From Octopus sinensis (Eukaryota): DNA of 64,000 bases. The position numbers and the translations under genes were made by a program. Shown here one piece after another: positions 51,450-64,000 of this stretch (its first letter is position 1; each line of letters opens with the position of its first letter). The stretch is taken from positions 81,964,001-82,028,000 of the forward strand of contig NC_043001.1 in NCBI RefSeq assembly GCF_006345805.1. Direction: 5' to 3'. The notes beneath the pieces are model-generated. The model saw only the letters and a program-made list of their open reading frames with translations, was not told the DNA's origin and did no database searches.

Positions 51450-52991
51450 GTTTCTTTATTGGCCACACAGGGCTGCACACAGATGGGACAAATTACAAGG
51501 TAGAGCTTCTCTTTTGGGGGATGAAAAAAAAAAGTGGCGTAGGTTTTCGATCAAAAGGGATCGTAAAAGGGAAAAAAAGAAAAAAGAAAAAAAAAGGAAA
51601 AGAAACAAGAAACAAGAAGAAAAAAGAGGAATAAAGGGGAAGAGGAAAAAAACGATCAATAGGGATCGTGTATCACAGTGTCATGATGTACGGTGTAAAG
51701 GAGGAAGCAGATAAGGTTTATCCGTGGGAAGAAAGCCAATGAAAAAGACCACGGTAACCCCGGTCAATATTGTTATATGTTACCACATTTGTTTGCAGGT
51801 GGGTAACCCTCTGCCTTCAATTTCTGGGTTCATAGGATGATGCTCAAGGTGGCTTCGTCATTCATACGTGCCATCCTTGCTACATTCACCCATCTTTTTT
51901 TTAAACATTCGCTAGACAAAACTTGCCTCTCTACTCTCACTTTACTTTTCAAGTGGTACTTGAAAAAGTTGATGAGTGATTGACCAGAGAGGAAAGTGTT
52001 TGTCTCCAATCCTTTCAGACGCGTCCACCAGATACATTCTTTCGCCATAGCCACAAGGATGATGAAAATAGCTCTTTCTTCCCGTTTGAAGGAAGGAGGT
52101 GTGACAATATTGACGATAGACTCAGCTGATTAACCGACTCGTCCCACACGTGACAGCAGTTGTTCGACATAAGCCCACAGATCGGAAATTGTTGGACACT
52201 GCACGAGTGCGTGCGGAACGGTTTCGTCGCTCTGACCGCATCTCGGGCAGGTCGGCCCCGTGTTTCTTGAGCCGTGTCTGTTGAGCTTATCCCGAACGGG
52301 TAGCGCTTCTCGGTAGCACTGCCAGGCCAGGGATCTCTGGAAGTTGCCCATGGGCCCTGGCCCGAAAGTCGTCCCGAACAGGCGGGTCAGGTATTCCTCG
52401 TCGACGTCCAGGTTCGCCCCGAGCTCGTCGTCGTATCTCCCCTCCACTAATCCCCTATAGAATGCTTTGGTTGTGATGGAGTCACTCAGGCAGAGTTGCT
52501 TGAGAGCAACGCAACACTCTCGGTACCATTCGCCCTTTCTCGGCCTCTTTTTGATCCACGACTGCAGTTCGGTCATGGAGACTAGCTGCGGGAAAGCGTG
52601 CCTCACAAACGGCGACCACACCTGTTCACCGTCGTCTACGTAGAGCCTGAGATGTCGCAGTCTCAGCGCGTGTCTGCGCATCATCAACCACGGCATGCCC
52701 AGTCCTCCTTTTAACGGGTGTTGACAGCAAATGGATCGCCTGACCATCGGGACGCATCCTTTCCACAAGAAGCGAAAGAGAATGCGTTCTAGTTTGGTGA
52801 TGGTAGGGTCGGGACAAGGCACGACGGTCAGGCGGTAGTAGATGACGGACGCGATGTACGTGTTCGCCACCTCCGCCCGACCTTTTAGGGACAGTTTCCT
52901 CTCGGCCCATTGCCGGGCGAGAGTGACCACCCTACTCGTTATCTCGTTCCAGTTCTTCTCCATTTGGAGGTCCGGACCGAACCAGACCCCG
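51450..52991 (-). mobile_element. 5'-truncated L1/Tx1-clade LINE in (GATA)n
   Basis: GC- and CpG-rich ORF2 C-terminus plus 3'UTR ending GCAGCCCTGTGTGGCCAATAAAGAAAC(TATC)n. Confidence 0.9.
51830..52990 (-). pseudogene. Tx1-type ORF2 C-terminal part (thumb plus CCHC zinc knuckle)
   Basis: LSLKGRAEVANTY, PLKGGLGMP, CPRCGQSDETVPHALVQC; the two ORF-track pieces are in the same frame, separated by one TAA at 52130-52132. Confidence 0.9.
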
Positions 52992-53031
<40 letters not shown>

Positions 53032-53194
53032 TACAGACAGACAGACAGGCAAGGACTGAGACAGACAGATTGACTAACTGACTAACTGACTGACTGACTC
53101 ACTGACTCAATCACTCAATCACTGACAGATTGCTAGACTGATAGAAAAAGAGTTGGATTGATTGGTAGGTAAGTAGACAGACAGACAGACAGAA

Positions 53195-53333
<139 letters not shown>

Positions 53334-53390
53334 TAGATAGATAGATTGAGAGATAGACAGATAGATAGACAGATAGATAGATTGACAGAC

Positions 53391-53469
<79 letters not shown>

Positions 53470-53895
53470 CAGACTAACTGACTGACAAATAGATAGACTG
53501 ATAGAAAGAGAGTTGGATAGCTTCATAGATAAAGAGATAGATAGATCGTTCGATAGATAGGATGACAGTTGCACTAAGGTAGGTGGCTGCTCTTCTTCAA
53601 AGCTATTATTAGATCATAAATTTTAGAAGTGGAAAGTTGGTTCTCTAAAGTACAAATCTGTAGGTAGAAATTCTATGTAAGAGCATAAGAGATACGACTG
53701 AAATACTATAGAGAATTAAGCTTATTACATCTTATGTTGTTTGACGGTTCATCACTTCGTTGAGTTCAATTTCTCACTTTCTCTCTCTCTCTTTCTTTCT
53801 TTCTTCTTTCTTCCGCTTCTCTTTCTCATCTCTTTCTTCTTTCCGTCTCATTTCCTCCATCATTTCTCATCTTACTATGCTATATATATATATAG

Positions 53896-53928
<33 letters not shown>

Positions 53929-53999
53929 ACATACATACATACATACAACACACACACATATATATACATATATATATATATATACATACATACATCACA

Positions 54000-54039
<40 letters not shown>

Positions 54040-54098
54040 CATACATACACACATATATATATAACACATATATCTATATCTATATCTATCTATCTATC

Positions 54099-54205
<107 letters not shown>

Positions 54206-54327
54206 TATATACATACTTGTATGTGTGTGTGTATGTGTATACTGATGATCAACAATTCTCTTACACACATACGCTCGAACGCGTACGATCATACACACAA
54301 ACACAAACGCACACACACACGCACACA

Positions 54328-54366
<39 letters not shown>

Positions 54367-54485
54367 ACACACACGCACACACTTCAGTACCCCTCAATCA
54401 CATATTTTTATTGATTAAATGCTGTTTCGCACACAACTTATTGACTTACAACCATTCATTCATCCTTCCATCTAGCCATCCATCC

Positions 54486-54540
<55 letters not shown>

Positions 54541-54544
54541 ACTT

Positions 54545-54840
54545 CATTGACCGAGGTTACCGTGGTCTTTTCCGTAGGCTTTTCTTTCCACGGGTAAACC
54601 TCACCTTTCCTCCCCTTTACACTTTATATTGACATTTCTGTGATTACGATCCTTATTGATCGATTTTTTCTTTTCCCTTTTATTTTTATCCCCTCCCTTT
54701 TTTTGGCTTTCCTCTTTCTTTCCTTTTACGATCCTTTTTGATCGAAAACCAAACCCCCTTTTTTATCCCCCAAAAGAAAAGCTCTTCCTTGTAATTTGTC
54801 CCGTCTGTGTGCAGCCCTGTGTGGACAATAAAGAAACTTA
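54545..54840 (+). mobile_element. Second, diverged Tx1 3'UTR copy in (TATC)n
   Basis: Homologous to the reverse complement of 51450-51768; ends CCCTGTGTGGACAATAAAGAAACTTATC. Confidence 0.85.
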
Positions 54841-54906
54841 TCTATCTATGAAGCTATCCAACTCTCTTTCTATTAGTCTATCTACCTATCTATCTATCTA
54901 TCAATT

Positions 54907-55059
54907 TAGATGACGGACGCGATGTACGTGTTCGCCACCTCCGCCCGACCTTTTAGGGACAGTTTCCTCTCGGCCCATTGCCGGGCGAGAGTGACCACAC
55001 TACTCGTTATCTCGTTCCAGTTCTTCTCCATTTGGAGGTCCGGACCGAACCAGACCCCG

Positions 55060-55099
<40 letters not shown>

Positions 55100-55260
55100 T
55101 ACAGAAAGACAGACAGACAGACAGGCAAGGACTGAGACAGACAGATTGACTAACTGACTAACTGACTGACTCACTCACTCATTCACTCACTCAATCACTG
55201 ACAGATTGCTAGACTGATAGAAAAAGAGTTGGATTGATTGGTAGGTAAGTAGACAGACAG
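54907..55260 (+). repeat. Direct duplicate of 52839-53180 (Tx1 5' junction plus flank)
   Basis: Near-identical sequence, including the CCCCGGATAGATAG junction. Confidence 0.9.
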
Positions 55261-55277
55261 GCAATAGACAGACAGAC

Positions 55278-55336
<59 letters not shown>

Positions 55337-55403
55337 ATATATAAATCCTTAAATCCTTAAAAATGTTTTAGCCCGAAGGCCGCTGCCATGCTGGGGCACC
55401 ACC

Positions 55404-55434
<31 letters not shown>

Positions 55435-56970
55435 ATATATATAAATGTAAAAAAATGTATTGTAAATAAACAACGACAGGGTAAAAATCGTTCAACGTAT
55501 TCTGAGTGTACAAACGGAAGGGAGACAGACACAGAAGTTCCTTGGCTATAGTGTAAGATAACCAGAGATACTTTCACAATCAGGCAGATAATAAACTCTG
55601 GATGATCTAGTTTATTGAGCGATATCCATGTACCACAAGGTGATATGTTTCACCAATCTAAGAAGCATTTGGTAATTTCCGTTTTCGGAGAGCAATTCCT
55701 CTGCTCTGAAAACTCACTCATCCTACGACAAATACGATGACGTCGATGACGACGACAACCCCCGCCACCACAACAACAACATCAAACCCGTCGACCTACC
55801 ACCATCACCATTAATACAAACACCACCAGTACCATCACGACGACGACGGCGTCCGTCAACTTCCCTCCCTCCATCCCCACCATCACTTCTACTTTAATGT
55901 GACACCAACCTGTTCCTGGTTTCTATATTCTTAACCTACATTCTGGAACAGTCCTGGCTTTTTATACATTCAAACACTCTGTTCTACAATAAATTCATTG
56001 AATAAAAATATATATATTAATAAATCAATAAAATAAAATGAAATGAAACATTTTTTGAAATAAGTGATTCCATTGGTTGAAAAGATTTAGCAACTTAGAA
56101 AAGAAGGACACATTAAATGGAGTGTCTATGCATTGCAGACGGTATGGCCTCCGATGGAATGCCTTTTATTGTTTCACTGCTGGATCGTGAGTAAACGATG
56201 GACATCATCATCATCATCATCATCATCGTGATCACCACCACCATCACCATCACCAATACCGCCGCCACCACCACCACAACCATCGTTATCATCACCACCA
56301 CCACCACCACCATCGTTATCACCACCACCACCACCACCATTGTCATCACCTTCACCAATATCACCTTCATCGTTATCACCTTCACCATCACCACAACTAC
56401 CACCACTAACAGCACTACCATCACCATCTTCCTCTTTCTCCCCTCCCCCTCTTGCTTCTCCTCTTCCTCCTCCTCCTCCTCCACCTCCTCCCCATCCTCC
56501 CCATCCTCCACCTCCTCCCCATCCTCCTCATCATCATCATTAATAATAACAGCCACCGCTCAACCAGCCAGAGAGCCAGCGAGCTAGCCGGCTAGCCAGC
56601 CAGCCAACCAGTGAACCAGCCATCCATCCATCCAACCATCCAGCCAGTTAACTAACCAGCCAGATAGCCAGCCAGCAAGCCAGCCGACCAAGCCACTTTT
56701 CTCCTAAATCGATGGTTAATTAGAGTATGAGAAATAAACAAAATATTATTTACGAAATCCAAATCACTTCAAGTTCTGTGTGTGTGTTTTTTTTTGTTTG
56801 TGTTTTTCCCCTTTTAGTTGAAAGTAATTTGAAGACTTGACTAACGATGTCTAATTAGATGCGTTTCTTAGTTAATTCGATCATTGTCAAAAGTCACCGC
56901 CCGTTCCTAACAATGTGTAATAGATAGCAACAGCCTGACTAGAATTAGCTTTGGCGTGTGAAAGTGAAGA

Positions 56971-57006
<36 letters not shown>

Positions 57007-57150
57007 GGGGAGAGAGAGAGAGACAGGTAGGTAATTTTGTTCGCTGCACCTACTAGTTATGCTTCACGCCAGGGTTTCCTGCTTAGAAGAGGTTTACAAT
57101 TATTCCTTCTTCAGAGCAATTTTAGACATATGTATGCATCTATCTATCCG

Positions 57151-57286
<136 letters not shown>

Positions 57287-57594
57287 TCTGTCTGTATGTC
57301 TGTTTGTCTGTATGTCTATCTATCTGTCTGTCAGTCTGTTTATATGTTTGTCTGTCTGTCTATCTATAGTCACACGCATACACACACAGAATTCAAATAA
57401 ACATAAGAAAAGACGAAGTCAGGTGAGGGAACAAGTGGGTGTATTAGTTTGACACTCGGGAAGAATGGAAAAAGTTTTTGACGTTTCAAGTCTACGCTCT
57501 TCGACAAAGGAACTGAGAGGAAAGAGATGGTGAAAACAAACAAAAAAAAAGAAAAACGGAGAGAAAATATGTGTAGGGATTGTTATACATATAT

Positions 57595-57633
<39 letters not shown>

Positions 57634-57894
57634 TACATACATACTACATACATACATACATACATACATACATACATACATACATCATACATACATACAT
57701 ACATACTACATACATACATACATACATACATACATACATACATACATACATACATACATACATACATACATACATACAAACAAACAAACAAACAAACAAA
57801 CAAACAAAAATACCCTGCTGTTGATGTTGAAATTCTAATGAAGAAACCGATTCTTTCTCTATTGGCAAGAAATCTTGAAATAAACTGAATAATC

Positions 57895-58445
57895 TTTTCT
57901 ACTCTCGGAACAAGGCACGAAATTTTTGGGGAGGGATCAAGTCGATTAGATCGACCCCAGTACGTAAATGGTACTTAATTTATCGATCCCGAAAGGATGA
58001 AAGGCAAAGTCGACCTCGGCGGAATTTGAACTCAGAACGTAGTGATAGACGAAATACCTATTTCTTTACTACCCACAAGGTGCTAAACACAGAGAGGACA
58101 AACAAGGACAGACAAACGGATTAAGTAGATTATATCGACCGCAGTGCATAACTGGTACTTATTTAATCGAGCCCGAAAGGATGAAAGGCAGACGAAATAC
58201 CACTAAGCATTTCACCAGGCCTGCTTACGATTCTTTTCTACTCTAGGAACAAGATCCGAAATTTTTGGGGAGGGAGCCAGTCGATTAGATCGACTCCAGT
58301 ACGCAACTGGTACTTAATTTATCGACCCCGAAAGGATAAAAGCAAAGTCGACCTCGGCGGAATTTGAACTCAGAACGTAACTGTAGACGAAATACCACTA
58401 AGCATTTCGTCCGGCGTGCTAAAGATTCTGTCAACTCGCCGCCTT
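57895..58445 (-). mobile_element. SINE family B trimer with mixed tails
   Basis: Junctions near 58058 and 58232. Confidence 0.85.
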
Positions 58446-58589
58446 AGAGAAGTCGATAATTATGACACCAAACCGCTGCCGCCATCACTAAAATCTTATG
58501 TATTTCTATGTGTAACCAATTCAATGGAGACGAATGTGGAATATATTCAACTTAGGAACATTTTGAAACTACGGTTTTCAGAAACCTTT

Positions 58590-60490
58590 CAACTTTTTCC
58601 AAACTACCGTTGAGCGACGGGCTGTCCTCAACATGATTAAAAACTGCTCTAATGCTGAAAATTATAGACGATGCTGCTCGAGAACACATGGAATCATGTG
58701 ATGTTAATTACTGGAATATTAATACCTTCATACACACAGCTGCTATTACTCTTAAAGAGCACCTAAAGGAAACCCATAGTATACGTGGTAATGAAATTAC
58801 TAAATGGAAATAAACTTAGATAGAAAAGAAAGCTTAAAGAAAACATCAACAATCTTCACTGCAATATTGGATGTTTAACCCTAATAAATAAATGGTAAGA
58901 ATAATGAGTTCGCACCTCACCAATTACATCTTATGAAAAAAATAACAAACCTCTACCGTGAGTTTTCTCATTAAGCTCTTGCAGGAAAACCTAATTACAA
59001 ACTCGGGATTCTGAGCGAAAAACTTCGCTATCGTAGGAGAATTTTTGAGCGAACCTGTATAAATCAAGTTATCTTTCAACCTAAATGCCTTCTACAGCTG
59101 CTGCCAATGAGAGGTTCACAATGATCTGGGCAACAATTCTCACATTACAACTAAGAGTGGGACGATCGTCTCCAATGATATAAATATATCAAAGGAGATA
59201 TTCCAAAGAGATAGCCTCTCTGTAATCCTTTTCCATTATTATTTCTGCCACAAAAATCAAATGTCTATATGCTACGGTCTGTTCCTGCTAGACACATCAA
59301 TGTAATCCATAATTTCTTTCTGGATGACCTTAAGATTTATGTTTAAAATGTGAACAATGTCAAAAAGTAGCTAGAGTTAATAACATTTTCAGCTGACATC
59401 GGATTGGAATTTGGCCAAAGGAAATGTTTGCATTGGATTCTTAAACATGGACAATCAGTCCCGCAAGCCCCACACCTGTGCATCAACGGTCTCTCTATCT
59501 CTCTCGTTCCACACAAAGAATGCTGCATTAATAAAATCATACTATACGAAAGTGCTGTGAATAAAGATAGTGACTCGAGAATATTATACCAGGCTATCTT
59601 TTACATCATGACAATTCCCATAATGTATTTGTAGTGACATTTATGATTTCAATACTTATGATGTTCGATTGGTCTGTAGAAGAAATCCACCCCGTAGACA
59701 TTAAAATCTGTAAGATACTGACGTCAACTGGAAATTTCCACAAAATCAGTGATATCGACAGGCCTTGCCAATGAACAAAGGTTTGAGATCTGTGCGGACA
59801 GCTTTCGAATGTCATATTGTCTTTCTCAGACGGTTCCTGCTAAACAACAGCAGCAAAAAATAAATACGCAAACCCAGTGCTAAAATGCGACGGCACTGTC
59901 CGTGTCAGCAGTGAGTTCTTCAGGAAGTACTCTCTGATAACCTTCCATACAACCCCAAAGAAGACCTGGATGTGAAACGGTCAACACACAAAAAAGGACC
60001 CCGCATGGGTATGTTTTCCGAAAACTTGAAGAAGACAGTAATATCGACATGACGTGCTGCTTCTCTGTGGCTTGGTGGTTAGGGTGTTGAACTCATGATC
60101 GTAAGTTTGCGGTTTCGATTCCTCGACCGGGTGACGCGTTGTGTTCTTGCGCAAAATATTACATTTCATGCTGCTCCAGTCCACTCAGCTGGCAAAAATA
60201 AGTAATCCTGTGACGGACCGGCGTCCCATCAAGGTGGGGAATATATATGCCATGGAAACCAGGAAACTGGCCCTTATGAGTCGCTATGACTCGAGAAGGT
60301 AACTTTACCTTACTTTTACCTTTACTAAATCACATCCTACTTCGAAGGCTATACATTTGCGATACAAAAGGAGGAGATTGCTACAAAATATCTAATAAAC
60401 AGGAGACAGTGAAGCTGTTGTAGCTCCAAGATGCAACCGAAAATATAGATTGTGACACATTTCAGTGGAAGACGTCTCACGGCTGCTTAA
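58590..60490 (+). pseudogene. Decayed R4/Dong-clade LINE ORF, interrupted by a SINE at ~60067-60325
   Basis: Remnants IFQRDSLS, FLDDLKIY, DIGLEFGQRKC, EGYTFAIQKEEIATKY. Confidence 0.7.
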
Positions 60491-60494
60491 ATAT

Positions 60495-60728
60495 GTCGTC
60501 CATGCATACTAGCCTCCCCTCATTACGCCACCGATGTTATCAAAGGGGGAGGCAAAGGTCTATACAGCCTGGCACCAGTGACTTCGCAACTCATTTCTGC
60601 AGCTGAGTGAACTAGACCAACGTGAAATAAAGTGTTTTGCTCAAGAACACAAAACACAGCTCGGTTCGGGAATCGAACTCACTACCTCATGATTGTGAGC
60701 CAGACGCTCTAGCCACTGAGCCATGCAT
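60495..60728 (-). mobile_element. SINE family A, 3'-truncated
   Basis: Matches 18540-18770. Confidence 0.85.
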
Positions 60729-62405
60729 TACACGCAATCACATACGTACGACAGGCTCGTACACAGTTTCTGTCTATCAAATTCACTCTTAAGGCATTGG
60801 TCGACCCTGGGCTATAGTAGAAGCCATTCAATGAACCAAGCAATGGAACTGAACCAGAAACCACACGGCTGCAAAGCAAGCTTCTTAACCACGCCTCCAA
60901 ATGTTTCTCTGAGGGAGTACAGCTAGCTTTGACTCCATTCTTTTTTATGTAAGATGCCAGGGTGTGATTTGATGGAGCTTTGGCTGCTATCTCTCCCACG
61001 TGGGTCAAGCAGACAGCTTAAATCTCTCCTCGCACCATGTTAACACGTTATTAACGTTATTATCATCGTTGTTTTTCTTTTTCCTTTCGCTTTTGTTGCC
61101 GTTATTTAGTCAAGTGCAGAGTTAATAGAGTAGAACGTTAATGGGAGCGATTCTAACCGTGGCCACCTCGCTTTTTTTTTAAATTTTCGAAGCATAATGC
61201 ATCTAGGACTATATTATTCAATGGGCCCTAAAATTGTTTAAAAAAAAAATGAAAAATATAAAAATAAGACAAAAATATTGCAGGGTGGGTGTAATAAGGG
61301 ATATTCCGTTTGGTTGCCAGATTTAACTAATCAACGTTCTCTTTATTGGCTTCATTGCCGCTGTTGTTTTCGTTGCTGTTGTTGTCGATGATGGCGTTGG
61401 TGGTGTGGGTGAGGAGTGGAGTTGATGGTGGAGGTCTATATTGTTGCTATAGATGCCGTTGTTATTGTCGTTGTCAGTGGTGGTGATGGTGGTGGCGGTA
61501 GTGCTGTAGGAGTTGTTTTTTAGCTGTTGGGACATTCTCTTTGTTGTTCATGTGATGTTGAGGTCCTTGTTGTAGCTGCTGCTGCTGTTGCTGTTGTTGT
61601 CGGTGGTGGTGGTGGTCGTAGTAGCTCTGGTGTAGGTGGTAGTACGGATGTTGTATTTGCTGTTGTTGTTATTATTGTTGTTGCTTTCGTTGCTGCAGAC
61701 GCATTGATTCATTGATTAAACTGTGTTAGTAAACGCGCTTGTTTGCTCTTGTCTGTCCGGTCCGGGGATAAGCATACATTAACGATATTCATGGACAGGC
61801 GTTCGAGCGCGGCAGAGGCCATTGTTTAGGTATTTTTTAATTTTTATTTTTACGATTATTTTATTTAATTTTATTTTTTGTTTAGTTCCATGCGTGTTGA
61901 GTATTATCAGTGGTATTGTAATAGAGTTACAGTTTCAAATCCTTCATTTGCTCCCCCGACCCATCCTTGACTGTCTCTCTCTCACGTGCGTAAACGCACA
62001 CGTATAATCACACATATAACAGCCACGTAGATGCACGGGCGCTCGAATACACACACACGCATACATTCGTACAGTTATATACATACATTCAAGAATGTAT
62101 ACGTTAACGCATACAGTCACATCCACAGATACACACACTCACACACACGCATAAACATCCACGCATACATGCAAACACACAAGCACACCCATGTACAAAC
62201 GTACACACACTTGTATACATACATACACACACATACATGCACACATGCATGCACACGCACACATCCATATGCACACGCACATACGCACACACATGCGCGC
62301 ACATACAAACACATGTACACACGTACATGCACACATACATGCGCGCACACATACATATATATGCACACACACACACACGTGCACGCACACACACACATAT
62401 ATATG

Positions 62406-62436
<31 letters not shown>

Positions 62437-63345
62437 GCACGCACATACTACTTCGCATAGTCAAACGGACATATCTATGTAAACGCAGACAAGCACACGT
62501 TCCCCCTCTCTCTCTCTCTCTTTATCTATCTCTCTTGCACTTTCTCTCTACCACACACACACAAACACACACATATACACGTAAGGAAACACACGTGCGC
62601 GAACATACACTACTACGCGCAAAGGCGCATGCGCTTTAATTGCTGTTCAAACGTTCCGATTCTATGTTTACTAAATGCAAACATATTTTCTCTCCAAAGA
62701 CTCACTATTGAAATTTGCGATTTTTCTAGAATCATCGATAGAATTGCATATATTAAGAGCAGGGTATGGCTGTGTGGGTAAGAGGACCACTTTCACAACT
62801 ACGTAGTTTCAGTTTCAGTTCCACTGCGCTTCAATTTGAGCAATGGTCATCTACTATGTTCTCAAGTCAACTAACGCCTTCTGAGTACATTAGGCAAAAG
62901 GAAGCCACGTAGAAGCCTGTCCTATAATATATATATACATATATATATATATGCATGTACATATATACATACATATATATATTATATAAAATCCATTGTC
63001 TCTCAGTGCGGGTGCCTTCTAGGATCTTGGGCATCCTCCAACCGATTGCGCTCAAATATGATATGTAGATGCTGACGGTATCAGGGCGTGTATAAGTCTT
63101 GAAAAAATTACAAAAATCGATTCCAGGTGAGAATGCGATCGATAAAGCCGTGAGAACGTGCATTTGTAAAATCGTTTTTCTTGGAATAGAAAACAGTCCA
63201 TCTTTATTTCTTCTTTTGCTGGTGTCTTAAATTTAGGCTAAATCAGTGTTTCTCAAAGGAGAGGCCTATATGACGGTCGGACAAGTTGTTTTGAGAAAAT
63301 TGGGCTTAAATGTTTGACAACTCAGCATCGGAGGCGTTTTGCTCG

Positions 63346-63434
<89 letters not shown>

Positions 63435-63631
63435 CTCATTGACAGGTCTCTGATACTTAGCTACTGTAATTGTTGGGTATATAAACAGATGGGCTGTTCG
63501 TTTGGCTGGGATTGGTCGAATTGATGAAGACGTCTCTGATGAGAATCTAATATGGTTCGAAAATCAATCTACGGAGAAACAGCTAAATTAGCCCTCTTTA
63601 TAGATGTACGCAATATGTTTTATATACATAC

Positions 63632-63770
63632 ATGGCGCATGAGTGACTGTGTGGTAAGAAACTTGCTTCCCAACCACATGGTTCCGAGTTCAGTCTCACT
63701 GCGTGACATCTACTATAACCTCGGGCGAACCAAAGCCTTGTCAGTGAATTTGGTAGACGGAAACATCGTG
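63632..63770 (+). mobile_element. SINE family C 5' half (another at 62760-62925)
   Basis: GGCGCATGAGTGACTGTGTGGTAAGAAACTTGCTTCCCAACCACATGG. Confidence 0.8.
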
Positions 63771-63800
63771 TGTATGTATGTATGTATGTATATATGTAAT

Positions 63801-63847
<47 letters not shown>

Positions 63848-63862
63848 ACATATACTATATAC

Positions 63863-63956
<94 letters not shown>

Positions 63957-64000
63957 CATATATGTATATATATATTATATATATATATACATATATATGT

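Noticed and set aside
57470-57520. TCGAAGA..GAAACGTC hammerhead-like motif on the minus strand
   Set aside because: Core deviates from CUGANGA and the stems are weak
63244-63302. Tiny hAT-like inverted ends CAGTGTTTCTCAAA / TTTGAGAAAATTG
   Set aside because: Very short and single in the window; 8-bp TSD not established
63530-63585. CTGATGA-GAATC/GGTTC-GAAA hammerhead-like core
   Set aside because: Stem II pairs, but no valid stem I or NUH cleavage site can be formed

Overview
This is a eukaryotic, AT-rich window dominated by microsatellites and repeats, with no recognisable host protein-coding gene. The SINE repertoire resembles what I recall from octopus/coleoid genomes; that assignment is an inference. 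Nearly all ORF-track entries are translations of simple repeats. Real coding remnants are all transposon-derived: a full-length degenerate mariner (25935-27224), a young 5'-truncated L1/Tx1-clade LINE (51450-52991), several R4/Dong-type restriction-like-endonuclease LINE fragments and an RTE fragment. The rest consists of at least four SINE/retroposon families (labelled A-D here, my labels), non-autonomous Helitrons, Tc1/mariner MITEs and Penelope-like remnants carrying hammerhead-ribozyme motifs. The most interesting signals are: (i) SINE B carries the 3' tail of the Tx1 LINE and forms concatemers joined at two fixed points in its own head; (ii) Tx1 copies sit in (GATA)n; (iii) a ~590-bp non-coding retroposon always sits in (AAT)n, as do Dong 3' ends; (iv) several well-formed type I hammerheads occur, two of them in a 149-bp palindrome. 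Coordinates were read by eye and may be off by a few bases.
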